A stretch of 63,794 nt of DNA, filler included, from Candidatus Coatesbacteria bacterium (GTDB taxonomy: Bacteria > JAFGND01): assembly GCA_016927185.1 (NCBI GenBank). It is 5 parts of 5 records of this genome, joined end to end, with 100 filler letters (N's around TTAATTAATTAA, not from the genome) between each part and the next. Parts side by side here need not be neighbours in the genome. Positions count along the whole stretch, not along the records: positions 1 to 15,888 come from JAFGND010000025.1; positions 15,989 to 23,227 come from JAFGND010000029.1; 3 more parts are not named here. The stretch is one strand, 5' to 3'. The notes beneath the pieces were generated by a model. That model was not told the DNA's origin, ran no database searches, and saw only the letters and a program-made list of their open reading frames with translations. The position numbers and the translations under genes were made by a program. Numbering within the stretch: the stretch's first letter is position 1; the number at the start of each line of letters is the position of its first letter. Of the stretch, positions 8,285 to 18,971 are shown in pieces.

Positions 8285-10276
8285 TTATTCTACAATCATT
8301 CCTGCTGATGCACCTTCATCAACAGTTATCATGAATATGTCTTTTCCTCCTGAACCTGTTGCCAGGATCATTCCATTAGATGTCCCGAATTTCATTTTCT
8401 TTGGTTTCAGGTTAGCAACAAGTATCACTTTTTTCCCAAGAAGTTTTTCTCTATCATAAGCTTCCTTGATTCCAGCAAAAACCGTTACTTTCTTGAAACC
8501 AATATCAAGGATTAGTTTCAGAAGTTTGTCAGCACCATCAACTTCTTCAACTCCCTTTATTTCTGCAATTCTCAGATCCACTTTTGCAAAATCCTCATAT
8601 TCTATCTCTTTCTTGAGATTGCTGGCAGGTTTCTGCAGGGGGGGAGGTTCCTTGCTGGCATCCATTATTTGTTCCATGGTTTTTATATCTACTCTCTGAG
8701 CGAGATGTTCATAATTGTTTATTTCACAATTCTCCATATATTTTTCAATGTCTTCCCACTTGAAATCTTCTATCCTGAGCATTTTTTCAGCATTTCTTGA
8801 TATCACAGGTATAATCGGTTTGAGATATAGAACCAGAATTCTGAAGATGTTAATACAGGTAGTCAGATCTCTATGTGCTTTTTTCTTGTCTGTCTTTATT
8901 GTAAGCCATGGAGCTGCCTTGTCTATGAATATATTAGCTTCGTCTGCCATGGATACTATATCACGTATTATCTGGCTGAAATTCAATTCAGCGTAATATC
9001 GGGCTATTGCTTCTTTTATTTTCGTGAAATTATCAAGTATTTCCCTGTCTTCTTTTTCAAGGATACTTAGTTTTCCAGCAAAGTATTTGTGCAGCATCGG
9101 AATGGATCTTGAACCCAGATTAACAATCTTGCCAACAATCTCAGAATTAATCTTGTTAACAAAATCCTCAATTCCCATGTTCATGTCTTCAATGCTTGAT
9201 GTGAGCTTACTTGCATAATAGTATCTCAAGTAATCTGTATTTTTTATGTATTCTGCAAATGTTTTTGCCAGAATGAAGGTTCCTTTTGATTTACTCATCT
9301 TCTTGCCATCAATTTGCAGAAAACCATGGATATACACCTTGTCCGGTAATCTGTAATCTGCTGTTATAAGCATGGCAGGCCAGAACAAGCAATGGAAGTA
9401 TTGAATATCCTTACCTATAAAATGAATCAATTGTCTTGATTTATTTTCGAAATGTTCGCTGAAATCCTTGTTTTCCCTTTCGCACCAGTTTTTTATGGAT
9501 GCAAGATAACCAATTGGAGCATCCCACCAGTTGTAAAAGTATTTGTCATCACTATCCGGAATCCTGAATCCGAAAAATGGGGCATCTCTCGAAAAGTCCC
9601 ATTCCCTGAGTCCCTCATAAAACCACTCCATCATCTTTTTCTTTACTGATTCACTTAAAGCATCAGAATTTATCCAGGATTTCAGCTCTTCCGAAAGCAT
9701 TCGTAAGTCAAAGAAATAATGAACCGCTTCCTTCTTCACGGGAGATGTTCCACAAAAAGAACAATGTGCATCAGTTATTTCAGAAGGAGTGTATGTTGCT
9801 CCACATGTATCGCAGGAGTCACCATACTGGTCTTCAGCACCACACTTCGGGCATGTACCCTTGATAAATCTGTCGGGAAGGAATATCCCGTCTGAAGGGC
9901 AAAAAAGCATTTCAATGGTCTTGTTTTTGACCATTCCCTTTTTCAGAGCAGATCTGTAAAAGTTTAGAGTGAATTCCTCATTTTCCTTAGAATGTGTTGT
10001 ATAATAGTTGTCAAATTTGATATTGAATAATTTATAATCAGCAATATGTCTTTTCCTGACACTTTCAATGAATTCTTCTGGCTTCATTTTATTTTTTCTG
10101 GCAGCGATCATTATTGCAGTTCCATGAGAGTCATCTCCAGCAAAAAAATGACATTCATTTCCAGTCATTTTCTGGAAGCGAACCCAGATATCTGTCTGGA
10201 TTGCCTCTATTAAATGCCCTAAGTGAATTTCTCCATTTGCATAAGGGAGAGCCATTGTAACTGTCATTTTATTCAT
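8285..10276 (-). CDS. metG: Methionyl-tRNA synthetase
   Basis: ALPYANG..HLGH, Zn knuckle CPKC/CDTC, GKDI, KMSKS, C-terminal tRNA-binding OB domain (FAKVDLRIA...NLKPKKM). Confidence 0.98.
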   Translation of the reverse strand: MNKMTVTMALPYANGEIHLGHLIEAIQTDIWVRFQKMTGNECHFFAGDDSHGTAIMIAARKNKMKPEEFIESVRKRHIADYKLFNIKFDNYYTTHSKENEEFTLNFYRSALKKGMVKNKTIEMLFCPSDGIFLPDRFIKGTCPKCGAEDQYGDSCDTCGATYTPSEITDAHCSFCGTSPVKKEAVHYFFDLRMLSEELKSWINSDALSESVKKKMMEWFYEGLREWDFSRDAPFFGFRIPDSDDKYFYNWWDAPIGYLASIKNWCERENKDFSEHFENKSRQLIHFIGKDIQYFHCLFWPAMLITADYRLPDKVYIHGFLQIDGKKMSKSKGTFILAKTFAEYIKNTDYLRYYYASKLTSSIEDMNMGIEDFVNKINSEIVGKIVNLGSRSIPMLHKYFAGKLSILEKEDREILDNFTKIKEAIARYYAELNFSQIIRDIVSMADEANIFIDKAAPWLTIKTDKKKAHRDLTTCINIFRILVLYLKPIIPVISRNAEKMLRIEDFKWEDIEKYMENCEINNYEHLAQRVDIKTMEQIMDASKEPPPLQKPASNLKKEIEYEDFAKVDLRIAEIKGVEEVDGADKLLKLILDIGFKKVTVFAGIKEAYDREKLLGKKVILVANLKPKKMKFGTSNGMILATGSGGKDIFMITVDEGASAGMIVE

Positions 10277-13200
10277 CTTCTTCTTTTCCTTCTTTCCTTC
10301 TTTTCTGGAGACGGTTTTGTTGGATCCTCCATATTTACAGGTGATGAAGATTGTGTCTCAAGTCTTTTCAAATGATCATCTGCATCCTTTGAAATATCTT
10401 TGTACTTCTTTTGCTCTTTTGCTTTCATGTAATAATCTTTTGCCTTCTCTATATCCCCTGTTGCCTGATAGCATTCACCAATCATTATATGTGCTGCATA
10501 ATATGTTTCATCTCTGTCTTCAAAAAACCTTATTACTTTCATGAAATTCAGGACTGCCTTGTTATAGTCCTTGACCTGCTGATATGCCCCTCCTCTGTGA
10601 ATCAGTATATTTTTCTGGACTTCAGGATTGGAACTCATATTTTCAGCTTTCTTGAAGAAATGCAGAGCAGAATTCAATTGTCCCTGATTGTGATAGCAAT
10701 AACCAATCTGCATGAGTAGTTCAGCTTTTGCTTCGTTTTTTTTCTCCAGAGACAAGGATTCCTGTAAATACCTGATCGCTTCATCCCAGGCGCTTAACTG
10801 CTGAGACAACAATCCTAAGTTTGCCAGTATTGCTTTTCTGTGTTCTTGAGTCTTGCTTTGATTCAATAGCTGATTATATATCAACTTTGCCTCAGCCAGC
10901 TTCTCATTATCAATATAAAGATCAGCAAGATTGAAACCAGCTTCAATTCTCAGAGAATCTGTTACACCTTCTTTCATTACTTTGCTGAAATTGTATGTTG
11001 CAGTTTCCTCATCTTTTTCAAACCTTGATAAAACTCCAAGATGAAGCATTGACCATTGTTTTGTTGCTGTGGGTGTATTGTTATCCTTTATCAGCGAGCT
11101 GAATACCATTTTTGCAGATTTTATTCTTTTGCCCTTTACCTCAAGAAGTCCTTCTTCATATCTTATTAGTGCGTAATAATCCTCATCATTTGGATAGTAT
11201 TTCCTGTAGAATTTGATAATTCTTCTAGCTTTTGTAATTCTATTAAGTCTAAGATTGCATATTGCTTGATAAGCTACTGATTCTGGATCATCCTTATTCT
11301 TGATAAAGTAAGAAAGAGCTTCTTCGTATTTCTCATTCTCGAAATTAAGTTTGCCAATAGTTCTGTTATAATAAATTTCAGAAGATTTCGGCTTTAGTTT
11401 CTTCAGATAATCTAATGTTTCCTGGCTATGCCCCAGCTTTATCGCTATCTGTATCAGACTGCCAAGTATTTTTGCCTGGGTTTTCTTGTCAGAATTATCA
11501 ACATCTTTTAAAGCTTCCTGATACTTTTCATAAGCATCTTTTGTCCTGCCTGCAAGTTCAAGCGCATTTGCATACTGGTAAAGCAATTCTCCATGCATCT
11601 TCTTTGACTTGTGAATGGTAAGCAAGTTCTGGTATATTGCCAATCCTCTCTGAATTTTTCCAAGTTTTATGTATATATCAGCCAGTCTGGACTTTGATGA
11701 TAGCAAATCCTTGCCAAATGGAAATTCTATAATATATCTTTCATAAATACCAGCAGATTCAGATAATTGTCCGAGTTTAAAGTATGTTTCTCCCAACACG
11801 AAATATGCGTCTGATTTGTAAGGTGAACTATATGGAGAATTAACTGCATTGTAGAGATTTTTCGCGGCAATATTATATTCTCCATATTTGTTCCAGTATT
11901 GTCCAAGTAGGAAAAAAGCTTCAGTTTGATACTGTTTGTCTTTTTGATAAGCTTCTGTTAATGAAATTATGGCATCTGGAGATGTCTTTCCCCAATTCTT
12001 CAGAAGCAATGAGGCTTTCATGAGACTTAAATCCGCAAGGTAAGGTTCTTTAGGATTTTGTTTGAGCAAATCATCTATCATATTCAAAAGGGATGTAAAA
12101 TCATCGGTCTCTTTCAGCGAAATCAGGGTTATTGCTGCTGAGAACTCGAAATCACCCCCTGTTTTCAAATTCATCACTTCTTCTGCATTTTCTACAGCAT
12201 CATTTCTATATTTGCTGCTATTTTCATCATAACAAATAGCATAATAATATGCTTTTTCATTAAGAAGAGCAGCAAGAAGATGATAATTTGCCTTATCACT
12301 ATCTTTTTTCCGTCCTGATATTTCTGAAGCAGCTTTCCTGAAATCTATTATGTCCCTGTCTATTGCATCAGAGATGACATACCTGTTTCCTTTAGCAGCA
12401 ACAAGCAAAAGATTATCCAGTAATCCTCTTATATCCCCCTCAGTATTCTTATAAAGGAGACGGCTTTTTGCAAGTGGATAAAAACGTGAAGCAGACATTT
12501 CTTCTATAATCCTTTTGTAATGACTTTCAGATTTTGTATAATCCCCTTTTAAACGATAGTTTTCAGCTAGTTCAAAAACCACCCAGTCTGCTAATGGATT
12601 AACTGGCATAATGATAAGCTGATTTAAATATGATATTGCATCATCATATCTCTTGCTCTCCTTGAGGTTTATTGCTTTCCTGAGAAGAGGTTCAATTTTA
12701 CTTAAGTTGAATGATGGTTCAAGCGAACCTATTTCTCCCTTGTCTTTCAGATTATAAGATGATACCTCGCTTTTATATCTTGAGTTTGGATAGAGGGCAA
12801 GGAAATTTTCTATCTCCATTTTCACTTCTTCCCTTCCAGTCGAGTATAATGCCTTTATGAGATAGTAATGACCTTCTTCGGAATACTCAGAATTTCTTCC
12901 AAGAGACTGAAATTCTTCAAGATAACGTATTGCGAGGGCATAATTCCCAAGACTCAAGGCTGCCTTGCCAGCTTCAAGTCTTGCTCTGTTTGCAAGAGGA
13001 TGATAAGGATTGTTCTTGAGAAAGGATCTGTATGTTTCAAGGGCTCTAGGGTAATTTCCTGATGCTGACTGGATCAATCCCAAAGATAGATTTATCTGAG
13101 CTTGTTGGAGATTCTGAGGGAATTCCTTAAGCAGATTATTAAGAAGAATTTCTGCCTCATCATTTTTCTTCTGACCAATAAGACAATCTGCAATTAATGT

Positions 13201-13836
13201 TCCTGCTTCTATTTTTAGTTCAGGTTTCATTCCCTTGTATAGTCCTATTAGTGCTTCATAAGCTTCTTTGTAATTCCTTTCAGCAATATGGATTCTGCTT
13301 TTCAGAATAGCAATTTCGTTCACATATTGTTTCCTTAAATCCTGGGATAGATTATCAAGCATTGTTTTTGCAATACCAGGTCCTTCTTTTGAAAGGGCGA
13401 TCCTTATTTTATAGAGTTTCGCAATCTGTCCTGCAGGAGTATCCTGGTATTTTGCTTCCAGTCTGGAAAGAATACTCTCTGCTTCATTGAAACTGCCATT
13501 TGATATTTTTCTCTCTACTACTCCGATAAGAAGAGTAGGAGTTTTTGGATGATTTGGATACTTCCTTACAAAGGCTTCACTAAGGTTATTGATCTTGTCA
13601 TTATAACCAAGTTTTTCATCAACCTGAAATAAAAGCAGGTAGTATTCTATCAAATTTGGGCTGTTTGGATAAGTTTCCAGAAGCTCTTCCAGCTGTGCTT
13701 CTGCCAATTCATATTGCCCGGTAATTATAAGCTGCTTTGCAAATCCAAACAGGGTTTTTTCAGTAACAGCAGCACTTGTCAAAGAAACAAATATTAATAT
13801 TATGAAAAGATATCTGAACATATCACTCCATTCCAT
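10273..13836 (-). CDS. Large secreted TPR-repeat protein (CpoB/BamD-like repeats)
   Basis: Signal peptide; many TPR units with YP.S/FP turns (LLETYPNSP, YIIEFPFG); basic tail; start could be the second Met. Confidence 0.8.
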   Translation of the reverse strand: MEWSDMFRYLFIILIFVSLTSAAVTEKTLFGFAKQLIITGQYELAEAQLEELLETYPNSPNLIEYYLLLFQVDEKLGYNDKINNLSEAFVRKYPNHPKTPTLLIGVVERKISNGSFNEAESILSRLEAKYQDTPAGQIAKLYKIRIALSKEGPGIAKTMLDNLSQDLRKQYVNEIAILKSRIHIAERNYKEAYEALIGLYKGMKPELKIEAGTLIADCLIGQKKNDEAEILLNNLLKEFPQNLQQAQINLSLGLIQSASGNYPRALETYRSFLKNNPYHPLANRARLEAGKAALSLGNYALAIRYLEEFQSLGRNSEYSEEGHYYLIKALYSTGREEVKMEIENFLALYPNSRYKSEVSSYNLKDKGEIGSLEPSFNLSKIEPLLRKAINLKESKRYDDAISYLNQLIIMPVNPLADWVVFELAENYRLKGDYTKSESHYKRIIEEMSASRFYPLAKSRLLYKNTEGDIRGLLDNLLLVAAKGNRYVISDAIDRDIIDFRKAASEISGRKKDSDKANYHLLAALLNEKAYYYAICYDENSSKYRNDAVENAEEVMNLKTGGDFEFSAAITLISLKETDDFTSLLNMIDDLLKQNPKEPYLADLSLMKASLLLKNWGKTSPDAIISLTEAYQKDKQYQTEAFFLLGQYWNKYGEYNIAAKNLYNAVNSPYSSPYKSDAYFVLGETYFKLGQLSESAGIYERYIIEFPFGKDLLSSKSRLADIYIKLGKIQRGLAIYQNLLTIHKSKKMHGELLYQYANALELAGRTKDAYEKYQEALKDVDNSDKKTQAKILGSLIQIAIKLGHSQETLDYLKKLKPKSSEIYYNRTIGKLNFENEKYEEALSYFIKNKDDPESVAYQAICNLRLNRITKARRIIKFYRKYYPNDEDYYALIRYEEGLLEVKGKRIKSAKMVFSSLIKDNNTPTATKQWSMLHLGVLSRFEKDEETATYNFSKVMKEGVTDSLRIEAGFNLADLYIDNEKLAEAKLIYNQLLNQSKTQEHRKAILANLGLLSQQLSAWDEAIRYLQESLSLEKKNEAKAELLMQIGYCYHNQGQLNSALHFFKKAENMSSNPEVQKNILIHRGGAYQQVKDYNKAVLNFMKVIRFFEDRDETYYAAHIMIGECYQATGDIEKAKDYYMKAKEQKKYKDISKDADDHLKRLETQSSSPVNMEDPTKPSPEKKERRKRRR

Positions 13837-13884
13837 CCAAAAAGACTTTACCCTGAACTCATAAAGCCATGTCTATGTCAAGGT

Positions 13885-15575
13885 TTACCATAGTGTTGAG
13901 GCAGAAAGATACAAATAGCCTGAAAGAGGTTCATTTTTTCTTTCTATAGCATAATCTAATCCAAGCTTGATTGCCTGTCTTTGCATCCTGACACCAAAAC
14001 CGTAACCTAGCCTCCCAATTTCGCAAAACTCCTTTCCTTTGTAATTATGTTTGAAACCGATTCCGTAATCAAGAAGTGGATAAACCCAGAATCTTGGATG
14101 AGGATACAAATTGAATTGATTGTTTATGACAAGGCAAACTGTTCTTTTTATCATGTCAGGCTTCAAACCTCGCACACCATTTAATCCTCCGAGATCTATC
14201 CAGTCATATATATCAGGATTTGAATTTCTTGAATAGAGCCAGTTGATTTTTGGAGAAAAATAAAAGCTAATTCTCTTATAAAAGGGAATATATAAAGATG
14301 AGTAGCTTTCATTCAATAGCCTGAAGCTTTTTTCAGATTCTTTGGAAGTATGAATAATCCATTTGTAACCTGTACCAAATTCCATTCCTTTTTTGGGAAT
14401 AAATGGATTATCAAGATTCTTGTATTTCAAAGCTGTAATGAAAAGATTTTGAGAATAATTGGATGCGGAATCCTCATCTTCTGATATGCTTTTTGCAACT
14501 CCCAATCCAGTAGTGAAAGTAATGCTTCTTGAAAGATAAAGCAAAACATCAATTTCTGCGTCAAATTTGGTGAAAATGTCAGGTTTTCTCTGTCTTGATA
14601 TAGATAGTTTTATATCGAAAGGTACATTTAAAGGTCTTGGCTCGAGATATGAAAGCTCAAGTTCTGATTCTTTCTGTGAAAGCCAGTAAAGATCTACATT
14701 TCTACCTCTTCCTCCAAGATTTCCCAGCCTTATGTCAAGCTGCCCTAGAATAGTATTGCTGGTATCAGGTGAAGCTGATATGACACCAGAAATAAGATAA
14801 GTCTTAAGCTCATCCAGCTCAAATATCAGGTCAGCTTTACCAGGTTGATTTGTATCTGCCCAGTACACTTTGGGAAAGCTTTCATAGTAACCAAGAACAT
14901 ATAATCTTTCTCTTGCTGTCTCAATTTTTTCCTTTGTAAGCAACTCGTTCTTGCTAATAGAAGTTATTCTTGCAAGAAATGAAGGTTCGCTTCTTTTTAT
15001 ATTCTGGAATTTTATCGATTGAAGATAAACTGGATATCGTTCATAAATCCTGTAGTAAAGTTTCAGTATATTGTTTTTTTTCTCTATGTCAGTCAGAATT
15101 ATATATGCTTTAAGGTAACCGTATTCTGCATATAAAGAGATGAGTTTTTCTAGAATCCTTGCTGGATAATTACTATCGAATTCCTTTGCTGGATCTGAAA
15201 AGATCTTCCACTTTATGAAAGAATCAGAAAACCTTTTTATTCCGCTGATATTCATCTCTATCGTACTTGTTTTCAGTATATTTTCCGCTTTAAGATTATA
15301 TAGAATAGAACCATCCTTTATTCTCCAGTTCCATTTTATTTTTGCATCAAGATAACCAGCTCTGGAAAGGAAACCTGCCATGTTACTGGCATACTGCCTT
15401 GCATTATCTATTGTGAAAACATCACCAATCACAGGTTCGTTGAAAGTGATGTCTGAAGGAAAATCTATTTCACAACGTTTTAATGTTGGTTCAGAAATAT
15501 TTTCAGATGAGCAACCTGGCAAAATCAGAGAAACAAAAAAAAAATGGCAATTTTCGGAAATCTTAATGTCCCCAT
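13885..15575 (-). CDS. BamA/TamA (Omp85)-family outer-membrane protein; signal peptide out of frame at a T10 tract
   Basis: POTRA-like motifs (SRAGYLDA, AEYGYLKA, LYVLGYY), NLGGRGR, LGGLNGVRGL, GYGFGVR, terminal W; ATG at 15575 joins the 15522 frame if the tract at 15535-15544 is T11. Confidence 0.75.
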
Positions 15576-15888
15576 ACTAACCACAAGAAAATGAATCCTG
15601 CTGCAGTCGAAGCAGCAGTAAAAGGAAGTCCTAGTTTGATAAATTCCCAGCTGCTTGCAGTATGACCATTCTTTTTGAGCAAACCCATGGCAACCACATT
15701 TGCAGAAGCACCAAGTGGAGTTATGTTGCCACCTATGCAGGAGCCTATAAGCAAACCGAATAGAAGTAATACATATGCATGTTCTCCTCCAATACTCAAG
15801 CCCAGTTTTCCAGCCACAGGAAGCATGACAGTAATATATGGCACATTATCTATGAAAGCACTAAGCAAGACGCTTATCCATACAATCA
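15563..15888 (-). CDS. C-terminal part of an ArsB/NhaD/SLC13 (CitMHS-like) transporter, truncated by contig end
   Basis: SAFIDNVP, GGNITPLGASANVVA, EFIKLGLP motifs. Confidence 0.85.
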
Positions 15889-15988
15889 NNNNNNNNNNNN
15901 NNNNNNNNNNNNNNNNNNNNNNNNNNNNNNNNTTAATTAATTAANNNNNNNNNNNNNNNNNNNNNNNNNNNNNNNNNNNNNNNNNNNN
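15889..15988. other. Artificial contig linker (N44-TTAATTAATTAA-N44)
   Basis: Identical 100-nt spacer with stops in all six frames, seen four times. Confidence 0.98.
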
Positions 15989-16078
15989 AAACACTCTCTT
16001 GATACAAGTAGCTGGAAACAGGGAGTTTATATTGTGAAGAGCGGTAAAGAATGCAAGAGGGTAGTGAAGATAAGATGA
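15989..16078 (+). CDS. 3' end of a secreted protein carrying the T9SS-like C-terminal tail (not in ORF track)
   Basis: Translates KHSLDTSSWKQGVYIVKSGKECKRVVKIR*, matching the tails of the 16177 and 62093 ORFs. Confidence 0.8.
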   Translation, partial: KHSLDTSSWKQGVYIVKSGKECKRVVKIR

Positions 16079-16176
16079 ATGAGGAGTAGTTTTGCAAAAA
16101 ATTGACCTTTTTGCTGGCTGCATAAGCTTCTGGTTTTGGATAATTATGTAAAAATAAAGGGAGGTGAATTGCGATT

Positions 16177-16764
16177 ATGATGAAATCAGTACTTTTCATA
16201 GGATTATTTATAGCATCCAGCCTTTTCTCACAAATAAGGGTAGTAAAACCTAATGGTGGAGAGAGATGGAAGGCAGATACTGTTCAGCAAATAATTATAT
16301 ATATAAATGCAGCTGCAGAAGGACCATATTTCGACTTTTATTATTCGGTTGATAATTGCAGGACGTGGAAGTATATAGACAGCGGATATTACTATGGTAA
16401 TTACACATATGATTGGGATGTTCCTGACGATCCATCACAATTCTGTTTTGTTAAGGCATATGCTACTATGAGCGGAAACTGGGACACAAGTGATCATGCT
16501 TTTACAATATATAACGAACAGACTGGATTCAGGGAATATGAGAAAAATGCATTTTGTCTTCCATGCATTGAATTTAAACCAAATCCTTTCTCAAAGTGTC
16601 TATACCTCATCCTTCCAGATTCCACATCAATCTATTCCCTGACAGGACATCTGATACTTAAATTGGATAAGGGGAAATATGAACTTGATACAAGTAAATG
16701 GAGAAATGGAGTATATATAATAAAATCAGGGAACGAGATTAAAAAGATTGTCAAGATTGACTGA
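16177..16764 (+). CDS. Secreted protein with PNGGE (Kre9/Ser-Thr-rich-like Ig) domain and T9SS type A-like C-terminal domain
   Basis: Signal peptide; VVKPNGGERW, YSVDN..TW, WDVP, DTSDHAFTI; tail PNPF...IYSLTG...GVYIIK; GGGAGGT RBS. Confidence 0.75.
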   Translation: MMKSVLFIGLFIASSLFSQIRVVKPNGGERWKADTVQQIIIYINAAAEGPYFDFYYSVDNCRTWKYIDSGYYYGNYTYDWDVPDDPSQFCFVKAYATMSGNWDTSDHAFTIYNEQTGFREYEKNAFCLPCIEFKPNPFSKCLYLILPDSTSIYSLTGHLILKLDKGKYELDTSKWRNGVYIIKSGNEIKKIVKID

Positions 16765-16873
16765 AACCCAGAATTGGAACTTCTCTGATAATATTATATT
16801 TAGTACAACATTATTTTACTGGAAATCTCCAGAATCTGCTTTTGATTATATATGACAAGAAACGAAACAATTT

Positions 16874-18016
16874 CTATATGAAATTCTTCTTTCTGAAATA
16901 CAGGTAAGTAACAATTGAAGCAGTTATCATTATTACCCAGAGTGCTGGATAAGTCCATTTCATTTCAAGTTCAGGCATGAATTTGAAGTTCATTCCATAT
17001 ACACCTACAAGAAATGTTACAGGTATGAAAATGGTAGAAAGTGCAGTAAGAAATTTCATGGTTTCATTCAGCTTGTTACTCACGCTTGATAAATATATAT
17101 CAAACATCTCTGACAAGATATCCCTGAAAGTCTCAACTGTGTCAATAATCTGAATTGTATGATCATAAACATCTCTTAGATAAATCTTTGTCAATTCATT
17201 AATAAGGGGATTTTCTTCCTTCTGGAGATGATTGATTACTTCCCTCAACGGCCATGCAGATTTTCTTAGAAGCAGGATTTCCCTTTTAAGTATGTGAATC
17301 TCCTGCATTGTGTATGGAGAAGGATTTTGCATAAGTTCATCTTCAAGGATTTCTATTTCATCACCAAACTTTTCCAGTATCTCGAAATAATTGTCTATTA
17401 TTGCGTCGACAAGTGCATATGCCAGGTAATCAGTCCCCCGTTTTCTTATTTTTCCTTTTCCACTTCTCAATCTTGCCCTTACAGTTTCAAAAACGTCACC
17501 CTTCAATCCTTCCTGGAAAGTTATAAGGAAGTTTTTTCCGAAAATGAGAGTGATTTGCTCGGACTGAAGTTGGTTATTGTCATCATTATAAGTCAGCATC
17601 TTCAGGAATAATGAGAAAGAATCTGCATATTCATCTATCTTGGGTCTCTGCTGTGAATTTGCAATATCTTCCTGAAGAAGTGGATGGAGATTAAAAAAAG
17701 TTCCTGTTTTTTCTATAATAGAAGTATCATGGATTCCTTCTATGTTAATCCATAGTATTGAAATATCATCTTTTTCCTTGAAGCTTTCTTCGATATTTTC
17801 TATTTTCTTTTCCTCACAGAAATTATCTCCATATTTTATCAATGATATCCCGATTTTTTCAGTTATTTTATCTCCAATATGAACTATTGAACCTGGAGGT
17901 AATCCTGCTTTTTTCGATCTTTTCTTGAAAAAGCGTGACAGATTTAGTTTAGGACTCAGTTTCCCCTTCAAGGTTTTAAGCTTAGCGTGCATGTTTTTGA
18001 ATGATAAAAGAAGCAT
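16874..18016 (-). CDS. corA: Magnesium/cobalt transporter CorA
   Basis: GLPPG, LHPLLQEDI..QRPK, YLRDVYDH, YGMNF signature, MPEL; exact start uncertain. Confidence 0.95.
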   Translation of the reverse strand: MLLLSFKNMHAKLKTLKGKLSPKLNLSRFFKKRSKKAGLPPGSIVHIGDKITEKIGISLIKYGDNFCEEKKIENIEESFKEKDDISILWINIEGIHDTSIIEKTGTFFNLHPLLQEDIANSQQRPKIDEYADSFSLFLKMLTYNDDNNQLQSEQITLIFGKNFLITFQEGLKGDVFETVRARLRSGKGKIRKRGTDYLAYALVDAIIDNYFEILEKFGDEIEILEDELMQNPSPYTMQEIHILKREILLLRKSAWPLREVINHLQKEENPLINELTKIYLRDVYDHTIQIIDTVETFRDILSEMFDIYLSSVSNKLNETMKFLTALSTIFIPVTFLVGVYGMNFKFMPELEMKWTYPALWVIMITASIVTYLYFRKKNFI

Positions 18017-18083
18017 TTTTTAGTCAACTAAAAGTTTAGTTTCTTCTTTGCAAAAAAATTCAATTTTCAAACTCTCTCTGCCA

Positions 18084-18971
18084 ATGAAAAACCAAACAAA
18101 AGCATATATTTATGGGGGGATAACTGTCCTGCTCTGGTCAACTGTGGCTTCTGCCTTCAAACTTGGTCTCAAGAATTATAGCGTTGAACAGCTTCTGCTT
18201 TTCTCATCCCTGTCATCTCTTATTTCCATCTTCATTATTCTTGCCTTTCAAGGAAAGATACAACTGCTTGTAAATCAAGGAATAAGAGATTTATGTAAAT
18301 CTGCTTTTTTAGGCTTCATAAATCCATTTGCATATTACCTTATTTTGTTCAAGGCTTATGAATTGCTGCCTGCGCAGGAAGCTCAACCATTGAATTTCAC
18401 ATGGCCTCTTGTTTTAACAATATTATCAGTATTCATCCTGAAACAGAAAATCAGGATTATGTCAATTGCAGGGATTCTGATAAGTTTTGCTGGAGTAATA
18501 ATCATATCTACAAGAGGGGATATATTTTCCCTCAACTTCAAAAATCCTTTTGGTGCATTCCTGGCTGTTGGCAGTTCAATTTTCTGGGCTGTTTTCTGGA
18601 TTTTCAATATAAAAGATGAAAGAGACCCGATTGTAAAACTATTTTTGAACTTTCTTTTTGGATCTCTTTTCCTGTTTGTATTGAATTTGGTAAGGGGATT
18701 TCAAGGAGTAGGAAATCCATATATGCTTATATATCCGATATATATAGGATTGATTGAGATGGGTATTACTTTCTATTTCTGGTTAAAGGCATTGAGCTTG
18801 TCAAGCAAGAGCTCTTCGATAGCCAATCTGATTTATGTAACACCTTTTGCCTCCTTGATAGTTATCAGCTTTGTACTCAATGAGAAGATACTAATATCCT
18901 CAGTTGCTGGATTGGTTTTCATAATTTCAGGTATCTTGTTGAATGCTTATGTAGATAGAAAAACTAGGTGA
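18084..18971 (+). CDS. EamA/DMT-family transporter
   Basis: Ten TM helices in two repeats; LWSTVASAFK, AQPLNFTWP; likely start at MKNQTK. Confidence 0.9.
   Translation: MKNQTKAYIYGGITVLLWSTVASAFKLGLKNYSVEQLLLFSSLSSLISIFIILAFQGKIQLLVNQGIRDLCKSAFLGFINPFAYYLILFKAYELLPAQEAQPLNFTWPLVLTILSVFILKQKIRIMSIAGILISFAGVIIISTRGDIFSLNFKNPFGAFLAVGSSIFWAVFWIFNIKDERDPIVKLFLNFLFGSLFLFVLNLVRGFQGVGNPYMLIYPIYIGLIEMGITFYFWLKALSLSSKSSSIANLIYVTPFASLIVISFVLNEKILISSVAGLVFIISGILLNAYVDRKTR

Noticed and set aside
15889..15988. TTAATTAATTAA flanked by N runs, four times, as a biological repeat
   Set aside because: Identical 100-nt scaffold linker with stops in all frames; ORFs containing X or ending LIN are artefacts
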